A stretch of 64,000 nucleotides of DNA from Candidatus Limnocylindrus sp. (GTDB lineage Bacteria; Chloroflexota; Limnocylindria; Limnocylindrales; Limnocylindraceae): assembly GCA_040397175.1 (NCBI GenBank), contig JBBAWM010000004.1:45673-109672 (forward strand), given 5' to 3'. The stretch's first letter is position 1. Each line of letters begins with the position of its first letter. The notes beneath the pieces are model-generated. The model saw only the letters and a program-made list of their open reading frames with translations, had not been told where the DNA came from and did no database searches. Below are positions 51,627 through 60,774 of this stretch, piece by piece. A program made the position numbers and the translations under genes.

Positions 51627-52808
51627 TTAGCGGCCCTTTGCGTCTAGCAGTGCCTTAAGCGCCGCTGGCACCTCGGCAGCCTTCGCTCCCTCCTCGGGGC
51701 GCTTGATCTTGATCGTGCTCGGGTCAACCGCAGCGGCTCGCGCGCCGTGGGCTGGGTCTGCATCCCATCGCGTGACAAAGGCACCCGAGGTGTAGCCGCC
51801 GCCAAAGGCGACGGTGCAGAAAACGTCGCCCGGCTTCAGTCGGCCCGCAGCCACCGCCTCGGATAGCGCGATCGGGATGCTCGCGGCGGAGGTGTTCCCG
51901 TAGCGGTCGAGGTTGACGAAGATCTTCTCCATTGGATAGTCGATCGCCTTGGAGACGTGTTCGATGATGCGCAGGTTTGCCTGGTGTGGGATCACCAGAT
52001 CCACCTCAGAAACGGTGAGGCCGGCGCGCTCAATCGCCGCCGTTGCGACCGCTGCCATGGTCCGCGTGGCGTAGATATACGTCTTCGCCCCATCCATCTT
52101 GATCAACGGATCCGCATCGGCGCCTGATCCTCCTGGGATCCAGAGTGCGAATGCACCTGATGGATCGGCGGAGAGTTCGAAGCTGAGCGTGCCAGGGCGC
52201 GTGGCGATGTTCTGATCCTCGCGCAGGTCGAGTGCGTCGAGCACGATCGCACCCGCACCGTCGCCAAACAGCACGCAGGTAGAGCGATCGCTCCAGTCAA
52301 CAACGCGCGAGAGGGACTCCGCGCCAATCACCAAGGCGCGCTGACCGAGGCCGGCGGTGAGGAAGCCGTGAGCGACAGCGTAGGCGTAGGCGAATCCGGA
52401 GCAGGCGGCAGAGAGGTCAAAAGCGGCGGCGCGATGGCTGCCGATCGCCTCCTTGATCAGCACCGCGGTGCTTGGCATCGGGTGATCCGGTGTGAGGGTA
52501 GCCACAACGATCAGGTCAACGGAATCTGCCGAGACGCCAGCGACGGCGAGCGCGCGAGCGGCGGCGATTGCGCCCATGGAGGCGGTGGTCTCACCATCAC
52601 CGGCGATGTGTCGTTCACGGATGCCGGTGCGCGTGCTGATCCATTCGTCACTCGTCTCTACGATCTGCTCAAGGTCGGCGTTGGTGAGGACTGCCTGCGG
52701 TACCTCGTGCCCCCAACCGACGATGTGGGTCGTGCGATTCGGCAGCGCCGCTAATCCGCTTTCGCCACCGATTCGTGTTGCGTCGCCGTCTGTCACCGGC
52801 CCGCTCAT
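51627..52808 (-). CDS. fabH: Beta-ketoacyl-ACP synthase III
   Basis: WI..RTGI.ER, AACSGF, LFGDGAGA, PHQAN.RI and GNTSAAS motifs. Confidence 0.95.
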   Translation of the reverse strand: MSGPVTDGDATRIGGESGLAALPNRTTHIVGWGHEVPQAVLTNADLEQIVETSDEWISTRTGIRERHIAGDGETTASMGAIAAARALAVAGVSADSVDLIVVATLTPDHPMPSTAVLIKEAIGSHRAAAFDLSAACSGFAYAYAVAHGFLTAGLGQRALVIGAESLSRVVDWSDRSTCVLFGDGAGAIVLDALDLREDQNIATRPGTLSFELSADPSGAFALWIPGGSGADADPLIKMDGAKTYIYATRTMAAVATAAIERAGLTVSEVDLVIPHQANLRIIEHVSKAIDYPMEKIFVNLDRYGNTSAASIPIALSEAVAAGRLKPGDVFCTVAFGGGYTSGAFVTRWDADPAHGARAAAVDPSTIKIKRPEEGAKAAEVPAALKALLDAKGR

Positions 52809-53587
52809 GCTGGCTCCACCTCGATGATCGGCGACTTCGCCTTCACGAGCAGCCCATCCTGGGCAATGATGCGCACAACCCGACCCGCCTTGTCGCTCTT
52901 GATCTCATTGAAGAGCTTCATCGCCTCGATGAGGCCGATCGGCTGGCCAACCGCCACGATCGAGCCGACGGAAATAAATGCTGGAGCACCCGGAGATGGG
53001 GCGGCGTAGAAGATGCCAGTAAGCGGCGCATTCACCACGGGGCCGCTCGGTGCTGCGGAACTCGCTGTCGCGGCGGGCGCTGGCTTTGTTCCCGTTGGGA
53101 GTGGCACCGACGCGACACTCGCTGTCGTCTGCGGCGCGGCTGCAGCCGCCACCACCACGTGGCTCCCCTGCACCGCACTCCGGCTGCGCACCACCACGCG
53201 CGTCCCACCCGCGGAGAGCTCCACTTCGGCGAGGCCACTCCCGTCGGCAACGACGGCGAGGCGGTCGATGATCTCAATCAGGGCGGCATCATCACTCGTC
53301 AGTGGTAGGTTCGCTGGCAGTCGTACACCGGCACGGCTCTCCCCCTTGCGTGGTCGCGGCGGCGTGTTCGGCACTGGAGCGACTGCGCCAACCGGCAGCG
53401 CGCTCTCGATAAGGCGTGACGGGTCTCGTGGCGCGAGCCGTTCGATCGCCGGGGTCGACGGCGGCGTCACCTCACTCAGTGGTGCAACCTCAGCTGCGTC
53501 GCCACGCGCGCGGCGCGCCGCATCACGCGCCGCCTCAAGGGCACGACGTGCCCCCTTCTGGAGTCGTACGCGACGCTTCTCGGGCAT
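52805..53587 (-). CDS. accB: Biotin carboxyl carrier protein with a long N-terminal extension
   Basis: IEAMKLFNEI biotin site and thumb FYAAPSPGAP. The ATG overlaps the fabF stop (TAATG). Confidence 0.9.
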   Translation of the reverse strand: MPEKRRVRLQKGARRALEAARDAARRARGDAAEVAPLSEVTPPSTPAIERLAPRDPSRLIESALPVGAVAPVPNTPPRPRKGESRAGVRLPANLPLTSDDAALIEIIDRLAVVADGSGLAEVELSAGGTRVVVRSRSAVQGSHVVVAAAAAPQTTASVASVPLPTGTKPAPAATASSAAPSGPVVNAPLTGIFYAAPSPGAPAFISVGSIVAVGQPIGLIEAMKLFNEIKSDKAGRVVRIIAQDGLLVKAKSPIIEVEPA

Positions 53588-54861
53588 TAGCGACCCTCCC
53601 ACTTCGCAAAGAGGAGTGCTGAGTTCTGCCCACCGAATCCGAAGGCGTTGACTAGCGCCAGGTTCACCTGCTGCGCAGCGGGGGCACCCGTAACAATGTT
53701 GAGGCCAGCCGTAGCTGGATCTGGTGCGGTGAGATTCAACGTTGGATGCACGCGGCCGTCGCGCATGGCGCAGATCGTGGCAATGGAGCCGAGGCCACCA
53801 GCGGCGCCAAGGGTGTGACCGATGGCGCCCTTGGTGGCGGTGACGCTGGCACGCGAACCCTCACCAAGGATCGTGCGAATCGCTTCAAGCTCCGCCTTGT
53901 CGCCCTCAGGGGTTGAGGTGGCATGCGCGTTGACGTGATCAATGTCGGCGCCAGTGCGACCCGCCTTCGCCAGCGCACGACGTGCTGCGCGAACAGCTCC
54001 AGAGCCGCCAGGGGCTGGCAGGGTGATGTGCAGTGCGTCGGCGGTGGCGCCATAGCCAACAAGTTCGGCAAGCGGGGTTGCACCGCGCGCGAGCGCTACA
54101 TCGAGTCGCTCCAACAGCAGAATTCCAGCACCTTCGGCCATCACGAATCCATCGCGACCGCTATCGAACGGACGTGACGCGGCGGCGGGGTTGCCCCCCG
54201 TTGCTGAGGCCCCGCTGCGCGAAAGCGCACGCATATTGTTGAACCCAGCAATCACGACGGGGTGGAGCGCCGCCTCGGTGCCGCCCGCGAGTGCCACGGT
54301 GGCATCGCCGCGGCGAATCATCTCGTAGGCCTCACCAATCGCGTGACCGGCGGTGGCGCAGGCGCTCACAGCACCAAACGATGGCCCTTGCGCACCAACA
54401 TGAATCGCCACTTCGCCCGAAGCCATATTGCCGATGGCGGCGGGGACCAAGAAGGGCGAGATGCGGCCGGCACCGCGTTCGGCGAAGACGGCGGCCTGCT
54501 CGAAAATCGTGGTGGCACCCCCCAAGCCCGATCCAATGATGGTGGCCACACCCTCCGACGACTCACCGGTGGCGAAGCGCGGCGGGAGCCCCGCGGAGGC
54601 GAGTGCCTCTGCGGCAGCGGCGATGGCGAAGTGCGTGAAACGATCGAGTCGCTTGATCTGCTTCGGCTCAAGCACGTCCGACGGATCGAAGTCGATCGCC
54701 TGTCCGCCGAAGTCGACCTCTTGGCCGGTCAGGTCGAGCCCCTGCAGCGCGCGAACACCAGAGCGCCCGGCAAGAAGGCCATCCCAGAGCGCGGCGACGC
54801 CACGGCCGAGCGGTGAGACCGCCCCCATGCCCGTAACGACGACGCGCTGCTCGTTGCTCAT
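53587..54861 (-). CDS. fabF: Beta-ketoacyl-ACP synthase II
   Basis: RVVVTG.G, SACAT, HATST..GD, K...GH.LGAAG and N.FGFGG.N motifs. Confidence 0.95.
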   Translation of the reverse strand: MSNEQRVVVTGMGAVSPLGRGVAALWDGLLAGRSGVRALQGLDLTGQEVDFGGQAIDFDPSDVLEPKQIKRLDRFTHFAIAAAAEALASAGLPPRFATGESSEGVATIIGSGLGGATTIFEQAAVFAERGAGRISPFLVPAAIGNMASGEVAIHVGAQGPSFGAVSACATAGHAIGEAYEMIRRGDATVALAGGTEAALHPVVIAGFNNMRALSRSGASATGGNPAAASRPFDSGRDGFVMAEGAGILLLERLDVALARGATPLAELVGYGATADALHITLPAPGGSGAVRAARRALAKAGRTGADIDHVNAHATSTPEGDKAELEAIRTILGEGSRASVTATKGAIGHTLGAAGGLGSIATICAMRDGRVHPTLNLTAPDPATAGLNIVTGAPAAQQVNLALVNAFGFGGQNSALLFAKWEGR

Positions 54862-55607
54862 CGCACCAGCTTCCCCGTGCGCAGCGTTGCTGCGCGATAT
54901 GTGTCGCCGGTGAGTGCTCGCGCGGTGATTGCGTCAGCGACCTTCTCGGTGTCGTAGCTGGCGCGGTAGACCTCGGCGTTGATCGTCTTCTCCTCGGGAT
55001 CGATGTCGATCACGGTGAAGGCGGCGGTGGCATCGCCGTCGTACGGCATGCCAACGGAACCGGCGTCAACGAGCACCTTCCAGCCGTAATCTTTCACGCG
55101 CGCGGAGTGTGTGAAGCCCACGCAAACAACGCGTGAGTCGGTCTGGCCGAGCAGCTCGAGCGTTGTCGATGGGTCAAGGTCAGCGCTCAGCGGAATGGTG
55201 CGCGAGCCAGGCGAGGCGTGGCAGAAGGTCACCGCAATCTCGCCGTAGCGAATGCGTCGCTCGCTCGGCAGCGAACGGAGCCACTCGATGCGATCGTCGT
55301 CAAGGGCATCCGATGTCCACTCAACGGCAGCCTTTAGTCCTGGTGGCAGGCCACCGGCGAGGCTCGGAAACGAAGCGGCGTAGTCAAGATCGGACACAGC
55401 GATGTCACCGGTGCCCGCGGTCACGAGGGCCCCCTTCTTCTGCAGCTGCTGAATCAGGTCGATCGTTTCGGATGGCTGCGGCCCGAAGAGGGCGTGATCG
55501 CCAAGGATCGCGACCTGATCGGGCTTCAGGGCCGGGAGTCGCGCCACGACCGCCTCGAGTGCCGCGAGGTTGCCATGGATGTCGGAGAGTACGACGACGC
55601 GCTTCAT
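54858..55607 (-). CDS. Calcineurin-like metallophosphoesterase homologue with degenerate metal ligands
   Basis: SDIHGN, LGD, HASP and GSVG.P.DG are present, but GTGD replaces GNHD and GFTH replaces GHTH. Confidence 0.8.
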   Translation of the reverse strand: MKRVVVLSDIHGNLAALEAVVARLPALKPDQVAILGDHALFGPQPSETIDLIQQLQKKGALVTAGTGDIAVSDLDYAASFPSLAGGLPPGLKAAVEWTSDALDDDRIEWLRSLPSERRIRYGEIAVTFCHASPGSRTIPLSADLDPSTTLELLGQTDSRVVCVGFTHSARVKDYGWKVLVDAGSVGMPYDGDATAAFTVIDIDPEEKTINAEVYRASYDTEKVADAITARALTGDTYRAATLRTGKLVR

Positions 55608-55620
55608 ATCTTTCCCTTCA

Positions 55621-56093
<473 letters not shown>

Positions 56094-56097
<4 letters not shown>

Positions 56098-57470
56098 ACA
56101 CGGGCCTTCGGCGCGGCGGCCAAGATGTCGGCGGTGCCGATGGCGTCGAGCATGCCAGTGGTGGCGGTGCCGTTCAAGAACGATGGTGTCTCGAGGAGGC
56201 CAAGGAAGAAGTCGCGCGTCGTGGCCACGCCGCCAATCTCCACCTCGCGCAGTGCGGCGCGTGATCGCGCGATCGCCTCTTCGCGGGTGTTCCCCCACAC
56301 GATCAACTTGGCAAGCAGGCTGTCGTAATACGGCGGCACCTCGTAGCCGGCGTAGAGATGCGAATCGAAGCGCACCCATGGGCCGCTTGGCGAACGGAAG
56401 GTGGTGATCTCGCCCGCCTGCGGTCGGAATTCTTGTGCTGGATCTTCGGCGGTGAGTCGGAACTCAATCGCGTATCCGCGGCGCTCGATCTGCTCCTGCG
56501 TAAATGGCATCAGATCACCTGCGGCGAGGCGAATCTGCAACGCCACGAGGTCCACCCCCGTCACCGCCTCGGTCACCGGATGCTCAACCTGAATGCGGCA
56601 GTTGATTTCAATGAAGTACGGCTTCCCATCGGCGCCAACCAAGAATTCGAGGGTGCCGAGATTGCGATAGCCGGCGGCGCCGATCGCCTTCGCGGCACGC
56701 GCCAAGAACTCCTCGCGAACCTTCGGGGTGAGCGCCGTTGACGGCGACTCTTCGACGAGCTTCTGGTGCCGACGCTGTACCGAGCAGTCGCGCTCGCCAA
56801 AATGCAACGCCGTGCCCGCCTTGTCGACGGCAATCTGCACCTCAACGTGGTGCGTGTCGATTAGGTATTTCTCGAGGTAGAGCGAGCCGTCGCCGAATGC
56901 CGCCTGCGCCTCTTGCGTGCAGAGCGAGAAGAGGTGCGCCAGATCGTCGGCGCTCTGGATGACGCGCATGCCGCGACCGCCACCTCCCGCCGAGGCCTTC
57001 AAGATGACCGGATAGCCAATCTTCGCCGCGGCCTTTGCCGCCGCCGCCTCATCGGCGACCACTCCGTCGGAGCCAGGAATCGTTGGCAGGCCGTGCTTCG
57101 CCAGGAGCGCGCGCACCCCCGCCTTGCTCTCGAAGCGCTCCAGCACCTCTGCAGATGGACCAATAAAGGTGAGCCCGTGCGCGGCGGCGGCCTCGGCAAA
57201 GGCGGCGTTCTCCGACAGGAAGCCGTAGCCCGGGTGGATGGCATCGCAGCCGGTGGCGAGCGCCGCTGAGATCACCGCTGGTGCCGAGAGATAGCTGCGC
57301 TTGGCGTCGGCGGGACCGATGCAGATCGCCTCGTCGGCAACGAGCACCGCGCGCGATTCGCGGTCGGCCTCGCTAAAGGCAACGACCGCCTCGATGCCGA
57401 GCTGGCGGCAGGCGCGCAGGATGCGCAGCGCAATCTCGCCACGGTTCGCAATGAGCACACGCTTGATCAC
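56094..57470 (-). CDS. accC: Biotin carboxylase
   Basis: IANRGEIA, HPGYGFLSEN, GGGGRGMR, RDCSVQRRHQK, IQVEHPVTE and YDSLLAKL motifs. Confidence 0.96.
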
Positions 57471-57937
57471 AACTTCCCCTCGCCAACCGACTCAAGCAAG
57501 AAGAGCTCCTGGCCGTACTCCACTGGGTCGCCGGTCGCACAGCGCAGCTTCGCCACGATTCCAGCGTGGTCGGCACGCACCTCTACGGCGACACCGAGCA
57601 CATCAACGGTTGCAACGAGTGACCCCTTCGCAACCTTGCCGCCCACGTGAATATCGGGGGCCAATTTCACGAAACCCACCGCGGTGGAGTGCACCGGATG
57701 GCGGCGCTCATCGGCGGCGCTCGGCGCCGTTGCTGTGGCAGATGACGTTCCCCCGCGTGCTGCTGTAGGCGCCGGGATCGGTGCAACCGGCGCGCCAAGA
57801 TCTTCCGCACGGACGCGCACCGTGGTGCCATCGCGCTCCACCTCGATCTCCCCCAGTCCTGTCTCATGGAGTCGCTCCACGAGCACGGGAAGGAGTGAGT
57901 CGAGCAGCTCGCTGATTCGCTCAATGTTCTGCGGCAT
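57467..57937 (-). CDS. BCCP paralogue lacking the biotinylated lysine (BADC-like)
   Basis: AccB-type N-terminal segment (GL.EIE....G..VRVR) and biotinyl-domain pattern (V.S..VG; G..V..G; V.AD..G.V; GDPVEYGQ.L), with DVLG in place of EAMK. Confidence 0.8.
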   Translation of the reverse strand: MPQNIERISELLDSLLPVLVERLHETGLGEIEVERDGTTVRVRAEDLGAPVAPIPAPTAARGGTSSATATAPSAADERRHPVHSTAVGFVKLAPDIHVGGKVAKGSLVATVDVLGVAVEVRADHAGIVAKLRCATGDPVEYGQELFLLESVGEGKL

Positions 57938-57940
57938 CAG

Positions 57941-59920
57941 TTACGCCCCTGCACTATTGCGCTCGATCTCATCGAGCCACTCATCGTTGACGCCAGCTGG
58001 AACCTTGTCGCGGCTCATGCCGAAGATGGAGCGAATCGTACCGACGAGACCCTTCTTGGTTGTCGGGGCTTCATCAAAGGCACCGTAGGCGCGATAGCGC
58101 GCATACCGCGCGTCGAGCAGCGCGTTCAAGTCGCTCATGGATTCCAGCTCGTCGAACGTTGCGGAAACCTTCTCCCACATCGCGCGCGCCAAGGTCACGG
58201 TAGATTCGGCGGAGAGCGTCTCGGGTTCGGCGATGATGCCGTCGACGACGCCGAGGGCGACCTGCTCTGGCGCGGTGATGCGCAGGGCGCGTGCCGCAGC
58301 GGGCGCCTTCTCGGAGGTGCGGAACAAGATGGCGGCACACCCCTCCGGGCTGATCACCGAGTAATAGGCGTGCTCAAAGGCGAAGACGCGATCGGCGGCG
58401 GCAATGGCCAGCGCGCCGCCCGAACCACCCTCGCCCGTCACCACGGTGACGATTGGAGTGCGCAGTTCGGTCATCTTGCTGATGGCGGCGGCGATCGCCT
58501 CGGCGATGCCGTGCTGCTCCGACTCAGGACCTGGGTGCGCACCTGGGGTGTCGACCAGGGTGAGGAGCGGCAGGTGCAGGCGCTCGGCAAGCTCGAAGCC
58601 GCGCATCGCCTTGCGGTACCCCTCCGGGTGCGGCATGCCGAATCCACGGCGAATGTTGCTCTCGGTGTCGGTCCCCTTCTGGGTGCCAACCACCACAATG
58701 CGTCGCCCATCGATGCGCGCGATGCCCGCAACGATCGCGCCGTCATCACCGGCGCGTCGATCGCCGCGCAGCTCTACAAACTCAGCGCCAAGCGCCTCAA
58801 GCAGTTCAGCAGTTCGTGGTCGGTTCACCTCGCGGGCGCGCTGCACGTGGCTCCACGCCTCCGCCTCGTCGAGGTGTGGCCCGAGTTCTGGCGCCAAGTG
58901 TCGGTCGCGCTGATTTTCGAGAATCTGGTCAGCGCGATTCGCCACCTTGCTTGCGGCGTCGGCAACGGGTGACAACACTGAGCCGATCATCGCGCCAGCG
59001 CCCTGCGCCACGCCGGTGACCATGCCGCCAATCAGGCCAACGCCAGGAATGCCGATCTGTCGATAGAGCGGTACCGCTGGTGCAGGAAGTGGCTGCAAGA
59101 GTCCAAGTGCGCGCGTCAGCCAACCGCGCAGATTGCCGCGCGGCACGATCGCATCAATGAAGCCGGTCTCGAGCAAGAACTCGCTGCGCTGGAAGCCAAC
59201 GGGGAGTTCATCGCCAATGGTGCCAGCGGAGACGCGCGCGCCACTGAAGCCGATCAGTGCATTCGGTTCGGCAACGTTGAGGTCTCCGAGGGCGCCGAAC
59301 GAGGCGATGGTGCCGCCGGTAGTTGGATCGGTCAACACGCTAATGAAGGTGCCGCCACTCAACTTGAGGCGTGCGATGGCGGCGAGGGTCTTTGGCAGCT
59401 GCATCAGCGCGTAGGTCCCCTCTTGCATGCGGGCGCCGCCCGATGCCGAGACGATCACCAGTGGGAGGCGGCGGGCGGTGGCGAGTTCGGCGGCGCGGGC
59501 AACCTTCTCGCCGACGACCGAGCCCATCGAGCCACCCATGAAGAAGAAGTCCATGGCGACGAGGGAGACCTCGATGCCGCCAATGAGGGCGGTGCCGCGG
59601 ATGGCGGCGTCGCGCTCGCCGGTGGTGGCGCGGGCGGCGGCGGCCCGCTCGGGGTATCCCTTGGAGTCGGTGAAGACGATCGGGTCGAGCGAGATCAGGC
59701 TGGCGTCGGCCTCGATGAAGGTGCCCTCGTCGACCAGCTGCGCAATGCGCTCGCGGGCGGGCACACGAAAGTGATGGCCGCAGGCCGCGCAGACCTGCAG
59801 GCTCTTCTCCAAGGTCTTCTTGAAGAGGAGCTCTGAACACCCGGGGCACCGGACCCACAAATCGGGCTCGGCTCCGGGGGTCGCCTTGCGGCGTTTGAAC
59901 GGGTTCCGAAAGCTGGGCAT
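57941..59920 (-). CDS. accD: Fused acetyl-CoA carboxylase carboxyltransferase beta+alpha (AccD-AccA)
   Basis: The N-terminal half has the C4 zinc finger, F.GGSMGSVVGEK and SGGARMQEG. The C-terminal half has FGMPHPEGYRKA, DTPGA, GEGGSGGALA and YSVISPEGCA. Confidence 0.93.
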   Translation of the reverse strand: MPSFRNPFKRRKATPGAEPDLWVRCPGCSELLFKKTLEKSLQVCAACGHHFRVPARERIAQLVDEGTFIEADASLISLDPIVFTDSKGYPERAAAARATTGERDAAIRGTALIGGIEVSLVAMDFFFMGGSMGSVVGEKVARAAELATARRLPLVIVSASGGARMQEGTYALMQLPKTLAAIARLKLSGGTFISVLTDPTTGGTIASFGALGDLNVAEPNALIGFSGARVSAGTIGDELPVGFQRSEFLLETGFIDAIVPRGNLRGWLTRALGLLQPLPAPAVPLYRQIGIPGVGLIGGMVTGVAQGAGAMIGSVLSPVADAASKVANRADQILENQRDRHLAPELGPHLDEAEAWSHVQRAREVNRPRTAELLEALGAEFVELRGDRRAGDDGAIVAGIARIDGRRIVVVGTQKGTDTESNIRRGFGMPHPEGYRKAMRGFELAERLHLPLLTLVDTPGAHPGPESEQHGIAEAIAAAISKMTELRTPIVTVVTGEGGSGGALAIAAADRVFAFEHAYYSVISPEGCAAILFRTSEKAPAAARALRITAPEQVALGVVDGIIAEPETLSAESTVTLARAMWEKVSATFDELESMSDLNALLDARYARYRAYGAFDEAPTTKKGLVGTIRSIFGMSRDKVPAGVNDEWLDEIERNSAGA

Positions 59921-59940
59921 TGACCCTCCCCTAGAGGGAG

Positions 59941-59946
59941 ATGGTA
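59941..59946 (-). promoter_or_regulatory. -10-like box TACCAT upstream of accDA
   Basis: TAnnnT 20 nt upstream of the ATG, followed by SD GGGGAGG. Confidence 0.45.
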
Positions 59947-59950
59947 CCCG

Positions 59951-60769
59951 CTATGGGATGGCGATCCGCACGACCTTGGTCACTTCGCCCGCCAAAATGG
60001 CACGCTCCGTGCCGTTCACGCTCAGAATCAGCGCCCCCGTGGCCCCGTCGTGCCCAACGACGATCCCCGAGAGGATCTCCCCAGCCCCCACCTCGAGGTC
60101 TACCGAGCAGCCCTCGAGCAACTGCCGCGAACGCCAGTCAGCCACATCGAACCGCCCGTCGGCCAGGGCACCTAGGCGCCCCTCGAGCCGCGCCACGGCA
60201 TCGGTAAAGAGCGCCTCGCGATCGATCGGTCGACCTGTCGCAATCTCCAAGCTCGTCGCCGTTGCAGAGAGTGCGGGATCCAGCTTCGACACATCGCCGC
60301 GCACATTCAGTCCCAGGCCAACAATCAGCCAGGCGTCGGTGCTACCGGCATCGCCCGCCTCGGCCAACACGCCGCCTACCTTGCGAAAGCTCTGGGTCAC
60401 GCCCCCCTCGATGTTGCGCACGACCAAGTCATTCGGCCACTTCAACCCAACGGTGCCAATCTGCATGCCTGCGGCATCTTCAATCGCGTCGGCAACCGCC
60501 AACGAGAACTCGGCGGCAACGCGCCACCAGCGATCAGCATCTGTCGGCAGCGCCGAGCCAGTGCCAGCGCGCATCGCAAGGCTCATCAGCAGGCCGGTGC
60601 CCGGCGCGTCGAGCCACGTGCGGCCGCGACGACCGCGGCCAGCCGTTTGTGTTTCGGCGCGAATCAGCAGGGGCGAATCGGCGGCAACGAGCCCAGCAGT
60701 AAGTCGCTCACGTGCGACGTCGTTGGTCGAGGTGACTTCGGTGAGTCGCTCAACTGCGATGTTTTTCAG
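59951..60769 (-). CDS. birA: Biotin-[acetyl-CoA-carboxylase] ligase without an HTH domain; probable CTG start
   Basis: KWPND, KVGGVL and G.GLN motifs. The frame stays open upstream of ATG 60586 and encodes STND and QTAGRGRRGRTW. Confidence 0.88.
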   Translation of the reverse strand: MKNIAVERLTEVTSTNDVARERLTAGLVAADSPLLIRAETQTAGRGRRGRTWLDAPGTGLLMSLAMRAGTGSALPTDADRWWRVAAEFSLAVADAIEDAAGMQIGTVGLKWPNDLVVRNIEGGVTQSFRKVGGVLAEAGDAGSTDAWLIVGLGLNVRGDVSKLDPALSATATSLEIATGRPIDREALFTDAVARLEGRLGALADGRFDVADWRSRQLLEGCSVDLEVGAGEILSGIVVGHDGATGALILSVNGTERAILAGEVTKVVRIAIP

Positions 60770-60774
60770 AAAAC

